IMG/VR virus record: IMGVR_UViG_3300033067_002491
Span: 1 to 35,100 of that record
Reading direction: 5' to 3' (one strand)
Source: a virus
Lineage: Duplodnaviria > Caudoviricetes
DNA: 35,100 nucleotides
In this document: positions 7,902 through 15,568 of the stretch, one piece after another
How positions within the stretch are numbered: the first letter of the stretch is position 1
How the letters are laid out: every line of letters starts with the position of its first letter
Notes under the pieces: generated by a model
Told to the model about the DNA's origin: nothing
The model's input: the letters and a program-made list of their open reading frames with translations, nothing else
Database searches by the model: none
Made by a program: the position numbers and the translations under genes

Positions 7902-8122
7902 GCCGCTCCGTCAGCGTTAGCGTCGACGTGGACGTCGACCTCGAGAACTTCGACGACGAGGACCTGGTGGAGGAACTGCAGGCACGCGGCTTCATCGTCT
8001 CGAAGTTCACCGCCGCCACGCCGACCGCCGAGGCTGCCTACCTTGCCGCGCGCCCGCTGCTCGACACGCTGCCAGATCGCGTGCGCGAGTTCCTGCTCGA
8101 CCAGGCCGGACGGATCTCGTGA
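7898..8122 (+). CDS. Small acidic phage protein (74 aa)
   Basis: ATGA overlap. VDVDVDLENFDDEDLVEELQARG motif common in small phage proteins. Confidence 0.7.
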   Translation: MSRSVSVSVDVDVDLENFDDEDLVEELQARGFIVSKFTAATPTAEAAYLAARPLLDTLPDRVREFLLDQAGRIS

Positions 8123-8382
8123 TGCTGACCGAAGCCATCCTCTTCGCCAGCACCTTCGTGAGCGTGTTCGCGCTCGGCTTCCAGAGCCTGAACGTGAACG
8201 GCGGGCACTACCGCGCCGCGTTCCTCACGAGCCTGCTGATCGGCTCGAGCACGCTCTGGCTGTACCGCCTGCTGCCCGAGGCCAGCCTCACCGAAGTCAT
8301 CGCCTACCTGCTCGGCGGCCCGTTCGGGATCGTCGCGTCGATGTGGGCGCACCGCCGTTTCCTTCGACGCACCAACCCCTGA
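8119..8382 (+). CDS. Small multi-pass membrane protein (87 aa)
   Basis: Three hydrophobic segments, basic C-terminus, GTGA overlap. Confidence 0.75.
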   Translation: MMLTEAILFASTFVSVFALGFQSLNVNGGHYRAAFLTSLLIGSSTLWLYRLLPEASLTEVIAYLLGGPFGIVASMWAHRRFLRRTNP

Positions 8383-8390
8383 GAGCCCCC

Positions 8391-8831
8391 ATGTCCGACC
8401 CCCGCACCGAAGTCCTCGCCTACCTCAAGACCAACGGCCCCAGCTCGCCGCGCACGCTGCTCGACAAGATCGGCGGCACGCCGCGCGCGCTCACCGCCCT
8501 GCTGCGCACGCTCAAGGCCGAGAAGCAGGTGATCGCCGCCGGCACCACCGTCAACCGCGTGTACGGCCTGCCCGGGCAGCGCCTGGACATCGCCGGCGAC
8601 ACCGCGCCGTCGCGCAGGAAGCGCCGCCACGCGCCCGCGAAGAAGAAGCGCGCCGCGCGCAAGGCCCGCCGCGTGCAGCGCCGGGCGAGGCGCGACGAGC
8701 GCATCGACTTCCTCCCCGCGATCACCGCGCAGAACGAGATCGTCGTCTTCAACGGCGCGGCGCCGGTGAGGTACTCGGCCGAGCAGTCGCGAGCGCTGGC
8801 CGACCTCGTCTTCGCCAACTTCACCCAGTAA
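8391..8831 (+). CDS. Putative winged-helix DNA-binding protein with an Arg/Lys-rich linker (146 aa)
   Basis: Start re-picked at ATG 8391. EVLAYLKTNGPSSPRTLLDKIG...LRTLKAEKQV...G...RVYGL wHTH pattern, then RRKRRHAPAKKKRAARKARR. Confidence 0.7.
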   Translation: MSDPRTEVLAYLKTNGPSSPRTLLDKIGGTPRALTALLRTLKAEKQVIAAGTTVNRVYGLPGQRLDIAGDTAPSRRKRRHAPAKKKRAARKARRVQRRARRDERIDFLPAITAQNEIVVFNGAAPVRYSAEQSRALADLVFANFTQ

Positions 8832-8847
8832 CCCGGAGATCCACCCG

Positions 8848-9933
8848 ATGAACACGCCCCAGGGGGCGCAGGCCCCCGGCTTTCTCGTCGCGATCGCCGC
8901 GATCGCGCGGCACGATGACGTCAGCATCAACCTGAGCGGAGACGCGCAACACCTCACCGTCATCGTGGCGCCGCCGGGGATGAAGCCCTTCAAGGCCTCC
9001 GGCCGCGCCTCCGCGCTCGAGGCCAAGCTGCCCGCGGAACTCGAAGCGTACGCGCGCTGGCTCGACGACCAGCGCGAGCCCGACGACGAGATCGAGATCG
9101 ACAGCCCGGCCGGGCACGCAATCGTCAGGCCCGCCCCGAAGAAGCCCGCCAGCAAGAAAGCCCCCGCCCGCCGCCCCGCGAACCCCGCCGCGCCGAAGAA
9201 GCGCCCGGCCGCGAAGAAGCCCGCGCCCAAGCCCGCCACACCCGGCGATCGCGCCGGCAAGGCCGAGTGCATCGCCGACTACCGCAAGCTGAAGGCCAAG
9301 CACGGCGCGAAGCTCACCCGCAACCTCTTCGTGCGCGAGGCCGCCACCGGCCGGCGTTACGAGAAGCTCTGGGCGAACTGTTGGCCCGACTTCGTGAAGG
9401 ACGCCGAGCGCGGCGCCGCGCCCGCGGCAGGGGCGAAGGCGCCGAAGCCGGCAGCCCCCGCCAAGGCGCCCGCGCCCAAGGCCTCGAAGCCCTCGGCGAA
9501 GGTGAAGGTCGACAAGACCCCGAAGCCCTGGCGCGTGCTCACCAAGGCCGGCAAGGAGCTCGGCGTCACCGTGTTCGAGAAGAAGGTCGGCGACGGCTAC
9601 TCGTGCAGCGCCGGCGCGTTCACCGTCGAGGCGGTCGACGCCGAGAAGCGCGAGATCCGCGTCGCGCCGTCCACGGCCGCGGCGCCCCCGAGCCCGCCGG
9701 CGAGCGCGCCGCCGGCACCCCCTAAGCCCGCGCACGGCGTGTACGCGATCAAGACCGCCGACGGCAAGCACGTGGGCGGCACCACGACCCCGATGAAGAT
9801 CGGCGACCCGTTCGGCACGGGCGACCGCTACGAGATCACCGCCGTCGACGACAACAAGCGCGAGTACACCGCGCGCGACCGCAACGCCCTGCAGCCCGCG
9901 GCCGCCGCCACCACCGAGGAGACCCCGCAATGA
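8848..9933 (+). CDS. PRTRC system protein E-like, extended with Pro/Ala/Lys-rich linkers and extra domains (361 aa)
   Basis: N-terminus (FLVAIAAIA...INLSGDAQHLTVIVAP...PFKASGRASALEAKLPAELEAY) resembles PRTRC-E. Occupies the canonical E position before protein C. Confidence 0.7.
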   Translation: MNTPQGAQAPGFLVAIAAIARHDDVSINLSGDAQHLTVIVAPPGMKPFKASGRASALEAKLPAELEAYARWLDDQREPDDEIEIDSPAGHAIVRPAPKKPASKKAPARRPANPAAPKKRPAAKKPAPKPATPGDRAGKAECIADYRKLKAKHGAKLTRNLFVREAATGRRYEKLWANCWPDFVKDAERGAAPAAGAKAPKPAAPAKAPAPKASKPSAKVKVDKTPKPWRVLTKAGKELGVTVFEKKVGDGYSCSAGAFTVEAVDAEKREIRVAPSTAAAPPSPPASAPPAPPKPAHGVYAIKTADGKHVGGTTTPMKIGDPFGTGDRYEITAVDDNKREYTARDRNALQPAAAATTEETPQ

Positions 9934-10313
9934 CGCAGCGCATCTTCCGCTACAACTCCATCGAACTCGAGGACCCGGGCCCCGAGCACGACCCGGTCGA
10001 CGTGCGCAACCTGTACAGCGCCACGTACCCGGAGATCCTCAACGCCGCGATCGAGGGCCCGGAGAAGGACGGCGACAAGGTCGTGTACACCTTCCGCCGC
10101 GCGGTGGGCACGAAGGGCGCCGGCCTGCGCGAGCGCCTCGAATCCATCGCCGCCGGCAAGCCCCAGCCCGCGCAACAGCGCGGCCTCGACCCGGCGCTCG
10201 TCAAGAAGCACGCCGACGACTTCGGCGCCTGGGGGCGCTTTGCCGAGGCCTGCACGCGATCGGGCGGCAGCCGCCTCGCCGCGCCCGCCGAAGTACTCGC
10301 GCCGATCGCCTGA
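9930..10313 (+). CDS. PRTRC system protein C, prokaryotic ubiquitin-like protein with C-terminal extension (127 aa)
   Basis: RIFRYNSIELEDP...VRNLYSATYPEILNAAIEGPE...VYTFRRAVGTKG is the PRTRC-C signature. Confidence 0.92.
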   Translation: MTQRIFRYNSIELEDPGPEHDPVDVRNLYSATYPEILNAAIEGPEKDGDKVVYTFRRAVGTKGAGLRERLESIAAGKPQPAQQRGLDPALVKKHADDFGAWGRFAEACTRSGGSRLAAPAEVLAPIA

Positions 10314-11272
10314 TGCTCGCGCTGCCCGACCTGCATGCGGTGCCGCGGCGCGTGGCCACTGCCTACGCCTCGCCCCTGGCCGCCAAGCTCGCGCTCGCCG
10401 TCGCCGGCAAGGGCGAGATCCCGGGCCGTGCCGGCAAGCTGCCCGAGTTCGCCACGCTCGAGCGCCTGCTTCAGGCGCGACTCGATCGCGCCTCGCAAAG
10501 CCTGCGGCACCTGCGCTGCAGCGTGCGGCTCTTCCTGAACGACACCCGGTACGAGGTCTTGCTGCAGCCCGAGCACGAGGACTACTGGGGCACCGTCTGG
10601 CACCTCGAGCCGCGCTGGAAGGCGCTCGAGCGCGCCGCGCCCGGCCTTGCCGCATCGGCCATCGTCGCGATCGACAAGGCCCAGCGCCGCGCTCTGCCCG
10701 TGCTCATGCCCAACGCCGTGGCCTGGATGGCCGAGTTCGCGTGGTGGGGCATGGAGCCCGACGAGACGATGGTGCTCGACGAGCTGCGCGCCAACCAGCC
10801 CGACGGCGAGCCTCTGCCCAAGGACCACGGCATCCCGCTGCGCGCCGATTTCGACCGCGCGCTGCCGACCTTCGTGCAGCGCCCCCGCGGCAAGTCGCGC
10901 AAGGCGATCGAGCGCTACGCCGCCCCCGGCAATCGCGAGTGCTACGTTGCGTGCGCGCTGCTCGAGCTGCTCGATGCCCTGCGCCGCCACGATACCGAGC
11001 CGACGTTCGAGCTGCAGGACGAGAACGGCGCGCACTTCATGGCCAACGCCGCCGTGCTGCGCTGGAACGACCGCGACCCCACGAACCAGGTGTTCGACGA
11101 CTACGGCCACCAGCACGCCGAATGCGACGGCGTCGAGTGCGCCTACGGCTTCTGGCCGGCCGAGTCGGCCAACGACCTGCCCCGCATCCTCGACGCGCTC
11201 GATCGCCGCCTCGCGCTCGCGCGCCGCATGGAACACCTGCTCGACCTCATCGCCAGAAGGAGCCGCTCGTGA
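10313..11272 (+). CDS. PRTRC system protein F-like (319 aa)
   Basis: MLALPDLHAVP N-terminus, ALERAAPGLA motif, canonical position between C and B, coupled on both sides. Confidence 0.75.
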   Translation: MLALPDLHAVPRRVATAYASPLAAKLALAVAGKGEIPGRAGKLPEFATLERLLQARLDRASQSLRHLRCSVRLFLNDTRYEVLLQPEHEDYWGTVWHLEPRWKALERAAPGLAASAIVAIDKAQRRALPVLMPNAVAWMAEFAWWGMEPDETMVLDELRANQPDGEPLPKDHGIPLRADFDRALPTFVQRPRGKSRKAIERYAAPGNRECYVACALLELLDALRRHDTEPTFELQDENGAHFMANAAVLRWNDRDPTNQVFDDYGHQHAECDGVECAYGFWPAESANDLPRILDALDRRLALARRMEHLLDLIARRSRS

Positions 11273-12057
11273 GCGTCAATCGCGCATCCGTATCCGCCCC
11301 CACGCCAGCCGCGTACACCCTGCGCGCGGCGGTGCTGGTGTACGCATCCGACCTCGGCGGCGCCGCGTACGCCACCGTGCACGGCATCGAGCACGGCGCG
11401 CGGCCGCGGCTCAGCGCCGGCGCGCCGGCCACGAAGGAGGCCTGCGCCAAGATCGCGCGCGCGCTGGGCGAGGCGGCCACGCTCTCGGGCTTCGTGCCGC
11501 CGAGCCTCTTGTACCTCGGCGCGCGCTCGCTCGTGTGGTGGCGGCCGCCGGCGCCCGCGACCGTGCACTTCGACACCACGAAGAGCGCCGCCGCCGACCA
11601 GCCCGACGACGAGAGCGGCGCCTCGCTCATCGGCAAGCGCGCCGCACGCGTGCCGCACCCGGGCCTGGTCTTCGCCGTCGGCCACCGCAGCTGGAGCGTG
11701 TACGCGCTCGCCGGCACCGCGCGCCCGGGCCCGAAGACGCGCCTCCTGCGCGCGCCGTACTTCAACGTGTGGGCGAGCGGCGAGATCTGCACCGGCAATG
11801 TCCGGCTGCCGCGCACGCTCACGCCCGAGTCGCTCGCGCAGTACGAGGATGCCTTCTTCGCCAGCGAGTTCACGCACCCCAACGTGCGCGGCCGCGAGCG
11901 CCTGCTGCGCGCGGAAGGCGGCCCGTACGCCTTCTGGCGCGACCTGCTCGACCTCGGGCCCGGCATGACCGAGTTCCCCGTCGACCAGCTCGTCGACGCC
12001 AAGCTCACGCTCGAGGGCCTCGTGCAGCGCATGGAGAAGGGGCGCGGCCGTGACTGA
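11269..12057 (+). CDS. PRTRC system protein B, prokaryotic E2-like (family D) enzyme (262 aa)
   Basis: GTG start re-picked at the GTGA overlap. LVWWRPP, VPHPGLVF, APYFNVWASGEICTGN (putative catalytic Cys), FFASEFTHPN. Confidence 0.92.
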   Translation: MSVNRASVSAPTPAAYTLRAAVLVYASDLGGAAYATVHGIEHGARPRLSAGAPATKEACAKIARALGEAATLSGFVPPSLLYLGARSLVWWRPPAPATVHFDTTKSAAADQPDDESGASLIGKRAARVPHPGLVFAVGHRSWSVYALAGTARPGPKTRLLRAPYFNVWASGEICTGNVRLPRTLTPESLAQYEDAFFASEFTHPNVRGRERLLRAEGGPYAFWRDLLDLGPGMTEFPVDQLVDAKLTLEGLVQRMEKGRGRD

Positions 12058-12643
12058 CCGCCGCGACGAGATCCTGCAGCGCCATTCGCCGATGGTGCTG
12101 GTGCCGCGGCACGGCACGTTCGAGCCGCTGGCCACGAACGGGCACCGCTACCTTGCCGCCTCGAACGGCCTCTGGCTCGAGGTGCGCCGGCCGTGGTTGT
12201 ACCTGCGCCAACTCATCGCCGAGAGCGCGATCGACCTGCCCTACGGCGACATCGACATGGCGCTGCGTTTCGCCTGGGAGCGCTGGGAGCTGGAGCAGCT
12301 GATCGAGCGTTTTCGCAGCGACGCCGAACTGGCGCTGCCCGCCGAGTGCGCCGCGTGGGGCATCTGGAACACGACCTTCGCACGCCTCCACTACGAGCCC
12401 ATCGACCCCACCGACGCCACCCCCGGCAGCGTCACCTTCGAGCGCCCGCGGCTCGCGGCGCATGAGCATTTCGCGGTCGACCTGCACTCGCACGGGCGCC
12501 TCGCGGCGGGCTTCTCGGCCACCGACGACGCCGACGACGTCGGCGAGGTGAAGCTCGCCATCGTGCTCGGCGAGCTGCACGCCCGCGAGCCCAGCCACGC
12601 CGTGCGCCTCTGCGCGCACGGGCTCTTCCTCGAGGTCGCGTGA
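12050..12643 (+). CDS. PRTRC system protein A, JAB/MPN+ metallopeptidase (197 aa)
   Basis: HRYLAASNGLWLEVRRPW N-terminal motif. JAMM residues ALPAEC and VDLHSHGRLAAGFSATDDADD. Confidence 0.92.
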   Translation: MTDRRDEILQRHSPMVLVPRHGTFEPLATNGHRYLAASNGLWLEVRRPWLYLRQLIAESAIDLPYGDIDMALRFAWERWELEQLIERFRSDAELALPAECAAWGIWNTTFARLHYEPIDPTDATPGSVTFERPRLAAHEHFAVDLHSHGRLAAGFSATDDADDVGEVKLAIVLGELHAREPSHAVRLCAHGLFLEVA

Positions 12644-13440
12644 TGATCTACGAGCACTGCACCCACCCCGACCTGATCGCCCGGCGCGTCACCATCGAGC
12701 TCGCCGGCGCCGGCGGCAACGGCAGCCTCATGGCCGCCGGCCTCGCGCGGCTCGACACCGCGATCCGCGCGCTCGGCCACCCCGGGCTCGACGTCGAGAT
12801 CTGGGACCCCGACACCGTCAGCGAGGCCAACCTCGGCCGGCAACTCTTCGCGCCGGCCGACGTCGGGCAGTCGAAGGCCGCCGTGCTCGCCACGCGCCTG
12901 AACGCCTGGTACGGCACCGACTGGATCGGTCACGCGGCCGCGTACAGCGGCAACGTGCGCGGCGACCGCGAGCCGCGGATCCTCATCACCTGCGTCGACA
13001 GCGCCAAGGCCCGCGCCGCGATCGGCGCAGGCCTCGCGCGCGCGTACCGGCAGCCGCTCTACTGGCTCGACCTCGGCAACCGCGCCAGCGACGGGCAGGT
13101 CGTGCTCGGCATCCCGCCGTGGGACGACGAGCACCGCGCGTACGAGTTCCGCCTGCCGACCGTGCTCGAACTCTTCCCCGAGCTCGGCGCCAAGCGCTTT
13201 GCCGGTGACACCGACGCGCCCAGCTGCAGCCTCGCGCAAGCCCTGCAGCGCCAGCACCTCTTCGTGAACCAGGCCGTCGTCACGCCCGCGCTGCAGCTGC
13301 TCTGGCAGGTCTTTCGCACCGGCCGCACCACGTGGCACGGCGCCTTCGTCAACCTCGAATCCGGCCGCACCACGCCGCTGCCGGTGGACCCCGAGGCGTG
13401 GAAGCGGTTCGGGCACGAGCCGCGAAGCAAGCGCCCGTGA
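12640..13440 (+). CDS. PRTRC system ThiF-family E1-like activating enzyme (266 aa)
   Basis: LAGAGGNGS nucleotide-binding loop, DPDTVSEANLGRQLF, ITCVDS, YWLDLGN, DAPSCSLAQAL (putative catalytic Cys), LFVNQ. Confidence 0.95.
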   Translation: MMIYEHCTHPDLIARRVTIELAGAGGNGSLMAAGLARLDTAIRALGHPGLDVEIWDPDTVSEANLGRQLFAPADVGQSKAAVLATRLNAWYGTDWIGHAAAYSGNVRGDREPRILITCVDSAKARAAIGAGLARAYRQPLYWLDLGNRASDGQVVLGIPPWDDEHRAYEFRLPTVLELFPELGAKRFAGDTDAPSCSLAQALQRQHLFVNQAVVTPALQLLWQVFRTGRTTWHGAFVNLESGRTTPLPVDPEAWKRFGHEPRSKRP

Positions 13441-13616
13441 CCCACAACCAGCGCCAGCGCCGCGACCGTCTGATGCGGGAGATCCGCGAGGCTCACACGC
13501 GGCTTCTGTGGAACCTCCCGCGCATCGACGCGCCCGGCAAGCGCGCGTGCACGCTGGCCGCCAAGGTGCTCGCCGACCGCGCCACGAAGCTGCACCGGCT
13601 GCTGGGCGGCCAGTGA
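13437..13616 (+). CDS. Small basic hypothetical protein (59 aa)
   Basis: GTGA overlap with the ThiF stop, TGATG overlap downstream. Confidence 0.55.
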   Translation: MTHNQRQRRDRLMREIREAHTRLLWNLPRIDAPGKRACTLAAKVLADRATKLHRLLGGQ

Positions 13617-13744
13617 TGCATCGCCACCTCTGCATCGTATTCGGCCGCTGGATGCTTCGCGACTGGCACCTCTATCGCCTCACCCGCCACGAGAACGTGC
13701 GCCGCACGACGTGGTGGGAGACGTGGGATCCGGTCTTCAAGTGA
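13616..13744 (+). CDS. Small Trp-rich hypothetical protein (42 aa)
   Basis: MHRHLCIVFGRWMLRDWHLYRLTRHENVRRTTWWETWDPVFK, coupled on both sides. Confidence 0.45.
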   Translation: MHRHLCIVFGRWMLRDWHLYRLTRHENVRRTTWWETWDPVFK

Positions 13745-13932
13745 ACCGTCGCCTCACCCCCGCCGAGATCTCGCCGTCCGACGACGACGCCATTCCCGCT
13801 CGAACGATCGGAGCGCCGCCGGACGCGGCGCTAGAATCCCTCGCCGGCTACCTCCTGGAGCTGCTCCAACGTGATGCGCCTCGCCGTCCTGTACTGCAGA
13901 TCGTCGAAGGATCGGGCGGACGTCTCGATTGA
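13741..13932 (+). CDS. Small hypothetical protein overlapping the integrase start (63 aa)
   Basis: GTGA overlap after GGAG/GGGA. Amphipathic ALESLAGYLLELLQR helix. Confidence 0.5.
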   Translation: MNRRLTPAEISPSDDDAIPARTIGAPPDAALESLAGYLLELLQRDAPRRPVLQIVEGSGGRLD

Positions 13933-15421
13933 GGTCCAGCGCCGCGAGCTGAACGAGCTCGCGATCGCGCGCGGCCTCACCGTCGTCGGCGAGTTCGCCG
14001 ACAGCGTCGAATCCGGCAAGGACGAGGACCGCCCCGGCCTGCAGCGCCTGCTCGAGGAGCTGCGCCGCCGCGATCGCGCGTGGACGGTCGTGCTCGCGCT
14101 CGACACCTCGCGCATCGCCCGCCGCGCCGCGGCCGCCTACTGGTTCGAGGATCGCGAGTGCCGGCCGCGCGGCGTGTCGGTGGTGTACAAGAACCTGCCC
14201 GAGATGGAAGACGCCGAGCGCGCGATCGTGAAGGCGGTGTTCCACGGCGTCGACGAGTGGCATTCGCTCGTCTCGAAGCGCAAGGGCCTCGCCGGCATGC
14301 GCCAGAACGTGCAGAACGGCTTTCGCGCCGGCGGCCGCGCGCCGTACGGCTACCGCCTCGAGCACGTCGACACCGGCGCCGTACGCGAAGGCCGGGCCGT
14401 GCAGAAGTCGCGCCTGGTCGCCGGCGATGAGGCGCCGCGCGTGGCCGCGTTCCTGCGGGATCGCGCGATCGGCGTGCCCCGCATGCGCTCGGCGCGCGCG
14501 CACGGCCTGGCATGCCCGCCGACGACGCTCCTCGGCATCGAGCGCAACGCGCTCACCTACGCCGGGCACACCGTCTGGAACGTGCACCGCGAGCAGGACG
14601 CGATCGGCCCCCGCCACCGCCCACGCGCCGACTGGGTCGTGAAGCGCGACACCCACCCCGCGCTGATTACCGAGGCCGAGGCCGAGGCGGTGCTCGATCA
14701 GCTCGCCCAGCGTCGCGCCAAGGCCACGCACGCCGGCAAGCACGAGTACCTGCTCTCGGGCCTGCTGCGCACGCCGGACGGCCGCACCTGGCACGGCGCC
14801 GACGGCAGCTTCTACCGCCACGGCCGCGGCCGGCGCGTGCTCGCTCGGCGCGTCGATCGCGCCGTGGTCGACGCGGTGACGGCCGACCTCGCAGGCGACG
14901 AGCTTGCCCGCACCCTGCTCGAGCACATGCGGGCCCGGATGCTGGCCGCACCGAGCGCCACCCGGGCCGCAGCCGCCCGCCGGAAGGTCGAGACCCTCGA
15001 GCGCCAGATCCACCGCCTCGCCGAGCTTGCAGTCGACAGCGAGGCCGCCGCGCCGCTGCTGCGCACGCTGGCCGCCAAGGAACGCGAGCGCGATGCCCTG
15101 CAGGCCGAGCTGGCGGCCGCCCAGCGCGAGGCGGCGACCGCGAAGGCGTGGCAGGACCTCGGCGTCGACGACGTGCGTCAGGCGCTGCGTACGATGGCCG
15201 CAGACGCCGCCACGGGCCGGGACGATGGCGGTGCCGTACGTGCGCAGCTCGCGCAGCTGGTGGCCCGCGTGGAACTGGATCCGGAAGACGCCGGCGAGGT
15301 GGTGATCAGGTACCGCGTGCCCGCCTTGGGCGGTGCAGCAGGAGTATCAGTGGCGTCCCCACAGGGATTCGAACAATACCCCGGAAGCCTGCCCGGCCGA
15401 CGCGTTCAGCTGGCCGCCTGA
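13874..15421 (+). CDS. int: Large serine recombinase (phage integrase), about 515 aa
   Basis: LYCRSS catalytic Ser, SG...RPGLQRLL, DTSRIAR, GGRAPYGY recombinase domain, HPALIT, YLLSGLLR, C-terminal coiled coil. Confidence 0.95.
   Translation: MRLAVLYCRSSKDRADVSIEVQRRELNELAIARGLTVVGEFADSVESGKDEDRPGLQRLLEELRRRDRAWTVVLALDTSRIARRAAAAYWFEDRECRPRGVSVVYKNLPEMEDAERAIVKAVFHGVDEWHSLVSKRKGLAGMRQNVQNGFRAGGRAPYGYRLEHVDTGAVREGRAVQKSRLVAGDEAPRVAAFLRDRAIGVPRMRSARAHGLACPPTTLLGIERNALTYAGHTVWNVHREQDAIGPRHRPRADWVVKRDTHPALITEAEAEAVLDQLAQRRAKATHAGKHEYLLSGLLRTPDGRTWHGADGSFYRHGRGRRVLARRVDRAVVDAVTADLAGDELARTLLEHMRARMLAAPSATRAAAARRKVETLERQIHRLAELAVDSEAAAPLLRTLAAKERERDALQAELAAAQREAATAKAWQDLGVDDVRQALRTMAADAATGRDDGGAVRAQLAQLVARVELDPEDAGEVVIRYRVPALGGAAGVSVASPQGFEQYPGSLPGRRVQLAA
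15351..15374 (-). other. Putative attP core: 3' end of tRNA-Glu (T loop to CCA)
   Basis: Minus strand GTTCGAATCCCTGTGGGGACGCCA, compared with the proteobacterial tRNA-Glu 3' end GTTCGAATCCCCTAGGGGACGCCA. No 5' tRNA half adjacent. Confidence 0.85.
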
Positions 15422-15530
15422 GCTCCCCGCCTGTCCCCGCTCGCGCCTTCGGCGCGTCCGTGCGCTGCGCGCACCGACCGCGAGGCAGGCGGAGAGCGGG
15501 GCGCGCCCTGCGGTCGCGCCCCGGAAATGC

Positions 15531-15568
15531 AAAAAGCCCCGCCCACCGACGAATCGGTGAGGCGGGGC
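15531..15568 (-). terminator. Rho-independent terminator of the late/lysis operon
   Basis: GCCCCGCC-CACCGA-(CGAA)-TCGGTG-A-GGCGGGGC hairpin, followed on the minus strand by TTTTT. Lies between convergent int and spanin genes. Confidence 0.8.

Noticed and set aside
9930-13440. E1/E2/JAB genes as a CBASS type II or Bil defence island
   Set aside because: No CD-NTase or effector nearby. Sequences and order match PRTRC. The genes lie in the CI-repressed lytic operon rather than forming a moron with its own promoter.
12640-13440. ThiF/MoeB as a thiamine or molybdopterin auxiliary metabolic gene
   Set aside because: No thiS/thiG/moaD context. It lacks the MoeB CxxC zinc pairs, and its neighbours are E2, JAB and Ubl genes.
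15351-15421. Complete tRNA gene
   Set aside because: Only the T loop, 3' T stem, acceptor strand and CCA are present. There is no anticodon arm, D arm or matching 5' acceptor strand.
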